A DNA stretch of 64,000 nucleotides from an uncultured Clostridia bacterium (lineage in GTDB: Bacteria > Bacillota > Clostridia > TANB77 > CAG-465): assembly GCA_944383015.1 (NCBI GenBank), contig CALWOC010000001.1:363976-427975 (forward strand), given 5' to 3'. A model generated the notes under the pieces. The model worked only from the letters and a program-made list of their open reading frames with translations. It searched no databases and was not told where the DNA came from. Shown in pieces: positions 39,157 to 47,916 of this stretch. A program made the translations under genes and the position numbers. The first letter of the stretch is position 1. Every line of letters starts with the position of its first letter.

Positions 39157-39361
39157 ATTTTGACCGCAGGTAGTTGAGTAACGAAGGTTATGCTTATATC
39201 AATGGTTGTAGAGTTTTTTGCGGGTATTTTCAAATAAAAATAATCCCCAAACTGTCTTTTTTTAACCCCAAAAATCTTTGAAAGCATTGGTATTACTGAC
39301 TGCGGTGCAATTAACCCGCAGAAAAATTTATTAAGAAAAAGTTGCGGGTACTTTTGACGTA
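39157..39361. repeat. cluster of five GC-rich CTGCGG / TGCGGGTA-type motifs in both orientations within 205 bp
   Basis: TGACCGCAGGTAG (39159), TTTTTTGCGGGTATTTT (39215), GACTGCGGTGCAATTAACCCGCAGAAAAA (39298-39326, which also forms a local hairpin), and AAAGTTGCGGGTACTTTT (39338). The region is about 25% GC, non-coding and convergent. Confidence 0.4.
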
Positions 39362-39469
39362 AAATATGAAAAAATAATTTAAACTAAAATAAACTATAAA
39401 AAATAATACTAGCTAAAAAGTCAGTATTATCAATACTTTGAAAGAATAATATAAAATATTTTAAAATAA

Positions 39470-39497
39470 AAAAAAAGAGGTTAAAAACCTCTAAAAT
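39470..39497 (-). terminator. intrinsic terminator of tRNA-Pro
   Basis: On the minus strand, an AGAGGTT-TTTA-AACCTCT stem followed by T9. Confidence 0.6.
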
Positions 39498-39573
39498 TGG
39501 TCGGAGTGACAGGACCCGAACCTGCGACCTCATGGTCCCAAACCACGCGCTCTACCAACTGAGCTACACCCCG
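39498..39573 (-). tRNA. tRNA-Pro (anticodon UGG), encoded CCA
   Basis: Minus-strand CGGGGTGTAGCTCAGTTGGTAGAGCGCGTGGTTTGGGACCATGAGGTCGCAGGTTCGGGTCCTGTCACTCCGACCA is a cloverleaf with anticodon loop UUUGGGA. Confidence 0.9.
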
Positions 39574-39713
39574 ATACGAAGATAATTATAACACCAGTTA
39601 TATAAAAAATCAATAGTTTTTACAAAATATTTTATAAATTTATATAATATTAATATATGCGAAAAATAAAAAAATGATAATTATAAATAGCGAACACTAA
39701 GTCCGCTATTTTA

Positions 39714-40325
39714 TTATTTATAACTATTACTTCCTTGATATGGTTCTTCATATGGTAAGTATAATTCTGGATTTATAGTATCAATTGTTATTTCTTGATC
39801 CTCTACTACATACCAAATATCTGGATTCCCTCCAAAATATTCTTTTAAAGTTTTCTGTATACTATCAAAAATTGTATATACTAATGTTTTATCATCATTA
39901 ATTTCAGTTTTACCATTTCCAATATAAGAATCTGAATTAAATGGAGCAGAATTTGAGCTAAAATTAACTGTAATTCCCCCCTTTCCATTTATTATATCAA
40001 TTACTTCTATATTATATCCTATAGCTTTACCAATTTCATTAATTATTTGCTTAGCCTGTTCCATAACATCTTTATTTTTATCAATATTTACTTTATATTC
40101 TTCAAAATTATTCTCTGTACCAATATATATTGTTGTATTATCCTCATCACTGCTAGTATTTGATTCTTCATCATTTACAAAACTATTATTATCATTATTA
40201 ATATCCTCTGATTGAGTATTATTACTATTATTTATATTATCTTTTATTGACAAATATTTATATCCAAAAAATACAACAGCCACAATTAATATCATTATAA
40301 TAATGGTAATTATTACATTTTTCAA
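39714..40325 (-). CDS. N-terminally anchored secreted protein, possibly a GerMN-like domain; last gene of the His-leader operon
   Basis: A TM helix, an Asn/Asp-rich linker and an about 120-aa globular C-domain. It lies 2 nt after the upstream gene's stop. Confidence 0.5.
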   Translation of the reverse strand: MKNVIITIIIMILIVAVVFFGYKYLSIKDNINNSNNTQSEDINNDNNSFVNDEESNTSSDEDNTTIYIGTENNFEEYKVNIDKNKDVMEQAKQIINEIGKAIGYNIEVIDIINGKGGITVNFSSNSAPFNSDSYIGNGKTEINDDKTLVYTIFDSIQKTLKEYFGGNPDIWYVVEDQEITIDTINPELYLPYEEPYQGSNSYK

Positions 40326-40327
40326 GA

Positions 40328-41413
40328 CTAATCACCTTCTTTATCTATTTTATAATTAAAGATATTTTTACTAGTTGTCTGATCAGTCCATTGTTTCACA
40401 TATTTATAATATGTTTTGGTTGCTATATCATTATTTTTTCCAAATAGTATTGAATATATTAAATATTCATCCCAAATCATTAAATCCTCTATTTTAGTTC
40501 TATCTTGTATTAAAGAAAAATCATTTAAAAATTTCTTTAATCCTTCAAGCTTGTGATTTACTTCTTCGCCTTTTTTAGTTCTAATATATGAGTTGAATGG
40601 ATCAATAACATTATATGACATTAATGTTATTGTAAATACTATTCCTCCTACTAGTACAGATAATATAAAAGCAGGAATTAAATATAGTAATAAAATTTGT
40701 TTCCAATGCTCCCCAACTCCTTCAACACCGTAAAATACAAAAGCAAATACACATGTATATATAATAAGAGCTATTATAACTGCTTTTAATACCTTTAAAA
40801 CTATTTTTCCTATACTCTGATCTTTCTTTTTTAATAGTCCATGTTCTTGTGCATCTTCACATGCTTTTAAGGAAAACATATAAAAATTCATATTTGTAAT
40901 TTTTCCATCTTTTATTGAATCTAATAGCATTTTTTCATTTCTAGTTATATTATCTGGTATATTATTAACAATTATTTTTTCATTTTTCTCATCTAAATCA
41001 ATAATTTTTTTTAATTTCAAATGTAACAACGCAGCAGATATATCACAAACCGGTTCTAATTTTATATCGTCAACTCTTCTTAACTCTGTTGGTGAATATC
41101 CATATAATATATCTCTATAATATTCTTTACTCTCAGTTAAGTCTTCTGCAGATAATTTATTGCTTTTAGCTTGTTTTAACCCTATACTAATACCAATCCA
41201 TACAAGTATTGGTATAAAGTTCTTTAATATTACACTACCACCATAAAATACGAAAGCGTAAATAACATATTTTATTATATTTTCCTGTGGAACATTTTCT
41301 ATTCCCGTTAAATCTTCTGATGATATTCCAGTATAAACACTAAAACAAACACTAATAACTATATATATCCAAAAACAAAACGATAATATATTCCAAATTA
41401 AGCTTCTTCTCAT
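40328..41413 (-). CDS. polytopic membrane protein (about 6 TM, two soluble domains); middle gene of the operon
   Basis: Two hydrophobic clusters (residues about 1-80 and 205-265) separated by and followed by hydrophilic domains. Confidence 0.55.
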   Translation of the reverse strand: MRRSLIWNILSFCFWIYIVISVCFSVYTGISSEDLTGIENVPQENIIKYVIYAFVFYGGSVILKNFIPILVWIGISIGLKQAKSNKLSAEDLTESKEYYRDILYGYSPTELRRVDDIKLEPVCDISAALLHLKLKKIIDLDEKNEKIIVNNIPDNITRNEKMLLDSIKDGKITNMNFYMFSLKACEDAQEHGLLKKKDQSIGKIVLKVLKAVIIALIIYTCVFAFVFYGVEGVGEHWKQILLLYLIPAFILSVLVGGIVFTITLMSYNVIDPFNSYIRTKKGEEVNHKLEGLKKFLNDFSLIQDRTKIEDLMIWDEYLIYSILFGKNNDIATKTYYKYVKQWTDQTTSKNIFNYKIDKEGD

Positions 41414-41465
41414 ATATTACTTCACCAATTTAATGTTATCATAAACTTTAAAAATTTAAAACAAT

Positions 41466-42269
41466 TTATTTACTATTTTCATATACAAAGCCTGAAACTA
41501 TACCTTTATCTAACATATCACCTTTAATATCCAATTTGACACTTATAGTATATCCAGATGGTTGTAATATATCTACTTCTTTCTTTTCTTTTTTTAAATA
41601 TAAATATATTGATGTTGCTAAACTTCCACTACCACACGCAGTCTCATAATATAACGTATCTACAGATTTTACCCATATAACAGGATTAATTTTTAAATTT
41701 TCATCTACATTTTCAAGTAATATAACTCCAACAGCTTCTGATTTGAAATTAAATTCTTTCATTAATTTTTTTAGTTCTAGCTTTGTCTTTTCTTCATTTT
41801 CCTTTAATTTTTTTATATACTCATTTGATTCCTCTATGTCTACAACAATTAAAGTTATTCCATCTAAATTTACAATACCATACTTCTCATTTAATTCTAT
41901 TATCTCACTTATGCCTCTTTTTAATTCCATATTTGCATAAACAATATTATTCTTAGTTATTCCTCCTATTATTTTTCCATTATATCCTGATACACTTAAA
42001 CTAATTTTCCCTATATTACCATTCAAAATTTCATATATAGCGCATCTAGTTGCATTTACGCAAAACTCTCCTCCTGCCATTTCTAATATTTTTTTATCTT
42101 TATCTAAGAAACCTACTTGTTCAACATCTTTGTTTTCTTTTAAAATGTAATCATTTATTATTTTTCTTTCTTCTTTGGCATAGCTTAAACCATATACTAT
42201 TCCTGTCTTATTTCCTCCTGGATTTAATATTTTGTAATTAACATTTTCTAATTTTAACATTTTTACCAC
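41466..42269 (-). CDS. DapF-fold PLP-independent racemase/epimerase-like protein with both catalytic Cys; first gene of the operon
   Basis: EMAGGEFCVNATRCAIYEI aligns with the DapF SxxNMCGNGxRC motif. YETACGSGSLATSIY aligns with the DapF ETLACGTGATAS motif. Compare the bona fide dapF at 15419-16258. AGGTGGT RBS. Confidence 0.65.
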   Translation of the reverse strand: MVKMLKLENVNYKILNPGGNKTGIVYGLSYAKEERKIINDYILKENKDVEQVGFLDKDKKILEMAGGEFCVNATRCAIYEILNGNIGKISLSVSGYNGKIIGGITKNNIVYANMELKRGISEIIELNEKYGIVNLDGITLIVVDIEESNEYIKKLKENEEKTKLELKKLMKEFNFKSEAVGVILLENVDENLKINPVIWVKSVDTLYYETACGSGSLATSIYLYLKKEKKEVDILQPSGYTISVKLDIKGDMLDKGIVSGFVYENSK

Positions 42270-42291
42270 CTTTTTCCTTTCTAACTATAAA

Positions 42292-42356
42292 CAAAAAAGA
42301 CATATAATAAAGCTACCCGTAAGTTTTATCCCTACAAATAGCTTTATTATATGTCT
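42292..42356 (-). terminator. strong intrinsic terminator/attenuator in the leader of the DapF-like operon
   Basis: On the minus strand, an 18-bp stem AGACATATAATAAAGCTA ... TAGCTTTATTATATGTCT followed by T6. It is 23 nt upstream of the operon's first start codon. Confidence 0.6.
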
Positions 42357-42428
42357 ATCTAAAGAATATTTTTTAACTATCGTAGGTACAGCAATCTAAG
42401 CTTGTACCTACGCATAAAATAATGCTAG

Positions 42429-42482
42429 CTACAAGCTCCTACGATGATGATGTATATTTGTTAAAAATATTCTTGTATTCAT
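42429..42482 (-). CDS. 17-aa leader peptide MNTRIFLTNIHHHRRSL with three consecutive His codons
   Basis: AAGGAG RBS 7 nt before ATG 42480-42482 on the minus strand. CAT CAT CAT CGT AGG AGC TTG TAG. It is followed immediately by a segment resembling the terminator's 3' arm. Confidence 0.5.
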   Translation of the reverse strand: MNTRIFLTNIHHHRRSL

Positions 42483-42513
42483 AATAATTCTCCTTTTCTT
42501 TATAGTTTTTAAT

Positions 42514-42542
42514 ATATTAACAAAAAAAGTGTTATTTGTCAA
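42514..42542 (-). promoter_or_regulatory. sigma-A promoter for the His-leader operon (TTGACA-17-TAATAT on the minus strand)
   Basis: Minus-strand TTGACA (plus 42537-42542) and TAATAT (plus 42514-42519) with a 17-nt spacer. Confidence 0.5.
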
Positions 42543-42570
42543 ATGTAATTGATACCTTAAGATTATGAAC

Positions 42571-44094
42571 TTATTGTTTTGTATTCTTATTTCCTAAAAT
42601 ATTTACAATCTGATTAAATATTTCTATATTATCAACAACAACTATATCTAAACTTTGTATAACACGAGTTATTGCCTGATAAAGCATATTTAATGGCGGA
42701 TACACATTATTTACCATATGTATTGCATTTAATTTTTTATCTTCACCATAATAAAAATGCTTATCAATAATTATATAAACATTTTCAAACTCCTGCCCTA
42801 TTACTTGATGAGTTACTCCAACAGAATTTTCATTGTGACAAGTAAATTCAAATCCAACCGTTCCATTTTGAGGATACAAAGTAGGTGTAAAAGGAATATA
42901 ACTTATTCCTTTTCTAGATATAATATAGTCATTTGCCTCTTTATATGTATTAAAGTATGTTATATTTATATCATCATTATTAAATATATTTCTATCATTA
43001 TATTTATTTAAATTCCACATAACTGAAATAAAATTAGCAAGTTCTCGATTGGTTCTAATCTTCTTAGTAAGTTGAAGTCTTTCTTCTCCAAACTGTTCAT
43101 TTATTAATTGAAAAATCCCATTTTCTTCCATATTTATTATTTGTTTTCTATCTCCACAAATAATAATGGCTATATTATTATCTTTAGCAAATTCAATTAT
43201 TTCATTAAATTGTTTCATTCTTATTCTTTGAACTTCATCTATTATAATTACATATATATTTTTATTTAAAGCGTACTTATAATGTTTTATTGCAAATATT
43301 CCCCATTCATACTTATCTATTAGCTTTAAATGACCATTATTTAAAAAACCACAATGGATTATATTTACTTTTAACTTATTTTTAACCAACTTTTTAGCCA
43401 TATCATAAACTAATAAAGTTTTACCAGTACCAGCATCACCTTGAATTACAAAACTCTTTTTACCATTTTCAATGTCTACTATAATCTTTTTTTCTATGTT
43501 TTCTTGTTGTTCTGTTAAAAAATATAATGAATCCATAAAAGCATCCGTTTTATTAAAAGGAGAAATTAAGTAATATGATGTTTTAAATAATTTATTTAAA
43601 TTATATTCTTTACATTTTTTATTATCTTTTAAAATATTTATAAACTCAAAAAAGCTTAATTCCCTTATGTAATTATTATCTAAAATATATAATTTACTTT
43701 CTAACTGAACATACGCTATTAAGACCATATGTTTTCCTAAGAAATTTAAATAATACTTATTTCTATTTAATTGTTTTTCTATCTTATCTATATTAGGAAT
43801 TTCTCGCTTATATTCAATGTTTAATATCATATCTTCACTTATTCTTAACAAATCGAATTCTTTCCCTATTTGTGGTATTTTGTATCCCAAATAAAAATAA
43901 TTATATATCGAATAGTCTGTATTATTATTTAAATTTTCTTCTATTTTACATACTAAGCTTTCTAGTGAATCTAATTCATTTTCTTTTATCTCAATGTTAT
44001 AATCTTTACCTATAAGACTTAAATACTCTTTGTCTATTTTACCGCCATTAGCTCTATAAATATCAACTAATGATTTTAAGTTAATAGATTTCAT
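42571..44094 (-). CDS. NERD-like N-terminal domain fused to a DUF2075/SF1-helicase-like P-loop NTPase
   Basis: Walker A IQGDAGTGKTLL, Walker B YVIIIDEVQR (DExQ), and an N-terminal ...DLLRISEDMILNIEYKRE nuclease-like D...E.K pattern. Confidence 0.6.
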   Translation of the reverse strand: MKSINLKSLVDIYRANGGKIDKEYLSLIGKDYNIEIKENELDSLESLVCKIEENLNNNTDYSIYNYFYLGYKIPQIGKEFDLLRISEDMILNIEYKREIPNIDKIEKQLNRNKYYLNFLGKHMVLIAYVQLESKLYILDNNYIRELSFFEFINILKDNKKCKEYNLNKLFKTSYYLISPFNKTDAFMDSLYFLTEQQENIEKKIIVDIENGKKSFVIQGDAGTGKTLLVYDMAKKLVKNKLKVNIIHCGFLNNGHLKLIDKYEWGIFAIKHYKYALNKNIYVIIIDEVQRIRMKQFNEIIEFAKDNNIAIIICGDRKQIINMEENGIFQLINEQFGEERLQLTKKIRTNRELANFISVMWNLNKYNDRNIFNNDDINITYFNTYKEANDYIISRKGISYIPFTPTLYPQNGTVGFEFTCHNENSVGVTHQVIGQEFENVYIIIDKHFYYGEDKKLNAIHMVNNVYPPLNMLYQAITRVIQSLDIVVVDNIEIFNQIVNILGNKNTKQ

Positions 44095-44167
44095 ATATCG
44101 TTCTCCTACAATTATAAAAATAGAATATCATATATAAAATAATTATACAATCATATAAGTTTTACAT

Positions 44168-44914
44168 TTATTTTCTTAAAGCTATGATATCATCATATAA
44201 CATACAAAATTGTTCATTAATCTGCCTATTTTCATGATAATGTCCAAAATACCATTTTTTAAACTTTGTCTTCTCATATATTTGTTGTAAATAATCTGTT
44301 AAAAAGTCTTCATTATAATCATTACTAATTAATCTTTGAACATTAGTTGGTGCACAATGTGAAATAATATAATCTACCTCATAGTTTACCTTTTCCAAAT
44401 TTAATATTCCATTTTGCATTTCTTCTTTTGTTGGAAGTTCTAAATCCCACCATGAAAAATCCCTAATTCTAAATTGTGCCCCTCTTTTTCTATACTTATA
44501 TATTTTTTCTTGCTCTTCTAAATTTAATATACCATCTTTTATATCATGTGAACTTGCTCCACCAAAAGTAAATATTTTCTTTCCACCTATATTAAATACT
44601 TCTCCTCGCATCAAATGAATAACTGAGTCTCTAATTTTATGGACTTTACCTCCATTCCATTTTTCTACCGGATAATTATATAATCTTGTAAAATTCTCAT
44701 GATTACCATCTACAAATAATTTTGTAAAATTTTTATTATTTAACCAATCTAACCAATATTTTTCTCTCTTACTTTCTATTATATAATCCCACACACCACC
44801 AAAATCTCCACAAATAATAACATAATCTTCTTTTGTCATTTGTCTTTGCATTGGAAAATTATCTGTAGAGAATCTAGTTAAATCCGAATGACAATCACCT
44901 GTAATATAAATCAT
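44168..44914 (-). CDS. calcineurin-like metallophosphoesterase
   Basis: GDCHSD, ICGDFGG, VDGNHE and ISHCAP motif series. Confidence 0.8.
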   Translation of the reverse strand: MIYITGDCHSDLTRFSTDNFPMQRQMTKEDYVIICGDFGGVWDYIIESKREKYWLDWLNNKNFTKLFVDGNHENFTRLYNYPVEKWNGGKVHKIRDSVIHLMRGEVFNIGGKKIFTFGGASSHDIKDGILNLEEQEKIYKYRKRGAQFRIRDFSWWDLELPTKEEMQNGILNLEKVNYEVDYIISHCAPTNVQRLISNDYNEDFLTDYLQQIYEKTKFKKWYFGHYHENRQINEQFCMLYDDIIALRK

Positions 44915-45043
44915 TTTTTAACTCCTTATTATACCTAAAATTAAATATTTATAACTATTATACAATAAAAGTATTATAAAATAAAAGACATAAGAGAAAA
45001 AAGAAAAAGTGTGCCGTAATACATTACAGCACACTAAAAAGAC

Positions 45044-46900
45044 TCATTTCAAAATTATGGAACTATTTGGAACAAGCTTTTTTACTTTCTGTGGACCAGA
45101 AGTGTAAAGTACATCGTTTGCACTAACAAAATCTAAGTCAAACGATTTATCTGATATATTTACACCAACATAAATTCTTTCATCTCCCGTCAAGGACTCT
45201 CGAGCAAACGTACAAAGACCACCATGGAAAATAAGAGGTATAAATCTAGCATCCTTTAAGAAAGAGCTTTCGTTTCGTATTTTACCAAGTAAACGGTAAA
45301 ATTCAATAAGTTCAACATCTTCTCTTCCCCAAGGATAAGTTTTCCTGTTATGTGGATCTTTATATCCATATACACCTGCTTCATCTCCGTAATAAAGGCA
45401 CGGATTTCCAGGTAAGAAATATTGAATTACAGACATATGCTTAAGAAGTTCTTTGCCTCTTCTATACGTATCAAGATCCATATAATCGTTATTTGCTTGC
45501 CAGTATCTATCGGTACCATTAGCTGGTCCTTTTGCAAGACGAGTTATCGCTCTTTCGATATCATGCCCAGATATCATATTCATCATAGCGTCAAGATTGT
45601 CTTTAGGATAATTCTCAATTGTTCTCAAGATTGCATCAAGAAGACCTTCTGCATCCTTATTTTCAAAATACCAAAACAATGCATCTTTATATACATAATT
45701 CATTGCACTATCTAATGTATTTTGAGTAAAGTAATGCTTTCTTTCTCCATATGCCTCTTTAGTAGAAACATCTTCCCATACTTCTCCAATAACTGATGGT
45801 TGAGAATCATACACTCTTTCATCTTTAATAGATTTAGACAACCTATACAACATATAATTTGTAAGTTCATCTACAACATCAAACCTAAAACCTGAAGCAC
45901 CAAGTCTAATCCATTTCTTAACAACACCACAGAAAAATTCTATAACTTCTTCCTGTTGTTTATTAAGCTTTGGTAATGTATCAAATCCCCACCAAGAATC
46001 ATATCCGTTAGGGTAATTGAAAAAGCAATACCAATTATAATATGGACTATCCGGACTTGTATAAGCTCCAACTGTTGCATAGCGTCCTTCCTTATTAAAG
46101 TAGACACTATCAGAACCTGTGTGATTAAACACTCCATCAAGTATTATCCTTATTCCCCTTTTTTTTGCCTCTTCGCAAAGCTTTTTAAAGTCTTCCTCTT
46201 TACCGAGTAAAGGATCAATCTTCATATAGTCTGCTGTGTTATAACGATGATTAGAATGAGCTTCAAAAATTGGATTTAGATAAATAATAGTAGTACCTAA
46301 AGATGCTATATAATCTAATTTTTGAGTTATTCCATTCAAATCTCCGCCAAAGTAATCATTATTTAAAATGATACCTTTTTCATTAGGCAAATAATCCGGA
46401 TTTTCGTACCAATCTTGATGAATTTTTCTATCCTGCGGTACATTTTCTTTTGGAGCTCCCGAATTATAAAATCTATCCGGAAATATCTGATAGAAAATCG
46501 CTCCTTTCATAAAATCTGGAACTGAGATATCCTTTGTAAAGGTCGTAAGCTGAAAGCATTCATTCTCCTCTCCACCAAAGCAAGATTTTGAAAACCTATC
46601 CCTACGAACTTCAACATACTTTCCGTTAATGTTCAAAGTAAAGTAATAATAATAGACATCCGCACATTCAGGCACAAAAGTACAAGAATAATAATTGTTA
46701 TTAAATGAAGCACTTGACAGTTTCAAATCAATTTCTTGCCTTTCATCCCATTTATCTATTCTAAAGATAACAAGCTTTGGATTTTCTATCACACTAACTT
46801 TATCTAACCGTATGCTAAACTTTACTTCTGTTCCTTCTTTCGTCGGGCCAATTGGATCTTTACATTTAGGATCCAAACTGCAGAAAATTTCGTTAATCAT
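45044..46900 (-). CDS. GH13 alpha-amylase family enzyme (neopullulanase / cyclomaltodextrinase-like)
   Basis: GH13 conserved regions AIFYQIFPDRF, GIRIILDGVFNHTG, GFRFDVVDEL, EVWE and SGHDIER. There is an N-terminal extra domain. Confidence 0.88.
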   Translation of the reverse strand: MINEIFCSLDPKCKDPIGPTKEGTEVKFSIRLDKVSVIENPKLVIFRIDKWDERQEIDLKLSSASFNNNYYSCTFVPECADVYYYYFTLNINGKYVEVRRDRFSKSCFGGEENECFQLTTFTKDISVPDFMKGAIFYQIFPDRFYNSGAPKENVPQDRKIHQDWYENPDYLPNEKGIILNNDYFGGDLNGITQKLDYIASLGTTIIYLNPIFEAHSNHRYNTADYMKIDPLLGKEEDFKKLCEEAKKRGIRIILDGVFNHTGSDSVYFNKEGRYATVGAYTSPDSPYYNWYCFFNYPNGYDSWWGFDTLPKLNKQQEEVIEFFCGVVKKWIRLGASGFRFDVVDELTNYMLYRLSKSIKDERVYDSQPSVIGEVWEDVSTKEAYGERKHYFTQNTLDSAMNYVYKDALFWYFENKDAEGLLDAILRTIENYPKDNLDAMMNMISGHDIERAITRLAKGPANGTDRYWQANNDYMDLDTYRRGKELLKHMSVIQYFLPGNPCLYYGDEAGVYGYKDPHNRKTYPWGREDVELIEFYRLLGKIRNESSFLKDARFIPLIFHGGLCTFARESLTGDERIYVGVNISDKSFDLDFVSANDVLYTSGPQKVKKLVPNSSIILK

Positions 46901-47110
46901 CTTTTTCTCCTCCTAACTAAAATAATTATTTTAGTCGTAAAATGTCGACTATAAAATATATTTATCACAAGGTGATTTAAAAGTCAACAAAAACAATATT
47001 TCTATTAATATTTTTATTATTAGTATTAATTTTTATGCTGAAGCTATTAATATTAAATTAACAAATTAAAAAATAAAAACATACAATACTATATAAAAGT
47101 AGGTGATAAA

Positions 47111-47554
47111 ATGTATTCAGATAGAGAACTACTAGCAAGAATTATAATGTGTGAAGCTGGAGGAGAGGGAGATAATGGAATGAAAGCTGTAGCTTCAGTT
47201 ATAATGAATAGAGTAAACTCAAATGAAGGAGAATATTTTAGAATATCTCAAGGTGGAAACATACGAAATATAGTATTTCAAACCGGACAATTTAACTGTG
47301 CAACAGAGATGTTAAAAGGTGCATATAATGCTCAAAACATATATAACATGAACCCCACAGACGAACATTATTCAATAGCTGATTGGGCTTTAAGTGGTAA
47401 TATTTTAAATGAGGTGGGAACATGCCTTTGGTTTATGAATCCATATAGGCCAACATGTCCAAAAGAGTTTCCATATAATGGAACTGGTAGATTACATACT
47501 AGAATATTAAATCATTGCTTTTTTGCACCTACTGAGATTTATGCTACTACTTAA
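47111..47554 (+). CDS. cwlJ: spore cortex-lytic / cell-wall hydrolase, CwlJ/SleB catalytic-domain family
   Basis: LARIIMCEAGGEGDNGMKAVASVIMNRV is the Hydrolase_2 domain signature. A CATACAATA sporulation-type -10-like element lies about 20 nt upstream. Confidence 0.8.
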   Translation: MYSDRELLARIIMCEAGGEGDNGMKAVASVIMNRVNSNEGEYFRISQGGNIRNIVFQTGQFNCATEMLKGAYNAQNIYNMNPTDEHYSIADWALSGNILNEVGTCLWFMNPYRPTCPKEFPYNGTGRLHTRILNHCFFAPTEIYATT

Positions 47555-47575
47555 TATAGAAAGGAGATATTAATT

Positions 47576-47908
47576 ATGATTAACAATACAGACAATCGTC
47601 AAGTTGCTGAACTTAACAACAACACAACAAGTCCTTCAAATATGCCTGAAACCCTTACAAATTCTATTTATACTCCGGCATTTTTAAGAAATTACATAGG
47701 CAAATTACTAAAAGTTGAATTTTTAATAGGAACATCCAACTTACAAGATAGAATTGGTATATTACTTGAAGTTGGAGCAAGCTATATTGTATTGCGTTCT
47801 GTTCAAGATAACAATTTACTTTACTGTGATATATTCTCTATAAAATTTGTTACTATTTCAAATAATTCTTTTATTTATAATACTCCACCATTTCAATATG
47901 GGATGTAA
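47576..47908 (+). CDS. gerQ: GerQ/YwdL-like spore coat protein (tentative)
   Basis: Small protein immediately downstream of cwlJ, as in B. subtilis cwlJ-gerQ. C-terminal LLKVEFLIG...GILLEVGASYIVL-type region. Confidence 0.5.
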   Translation: MINNTDNRQVAELNNNTTSPSNMPETLTNSIYTPAFLRNYIGKLLKVEFLIGTSNLQDRIGILLEVGASYIVLRSVQDNNLLYCDIFSIKFVTISNNSFIYNTPPFQYGM

Positions 47909-47916
47909 AAAAACTG

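Noticed and set aside
35092-39497. Genomic island integrated at tRNA-Pro
   Set aside because: No integrase or recombinase gene is present, and I could not find a direct repeat of the tRNA 3' end. Only composition and gene content hint at accessory origin, so it is reported as a low-certainty finding rather than a mobile-element feature.
42298-42356. The 18-bp palindromic hairpin as a bidirectional terminator
   Set aside because: Only the minus strand has a following U-run. On the plus strand there is no T-tract and no upstream gene that would need it.
46980-47110. Assigning the cwlJ promoter to a specific sporulation sigma factor
   Set aside because: CATACAATA fits both sigma-E (CATACA-T) and sigma-K (CATAnnnTA) -10 consensus, and I could not find a matching -35 at the right spacing. 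It is mentioned only as supporting context.
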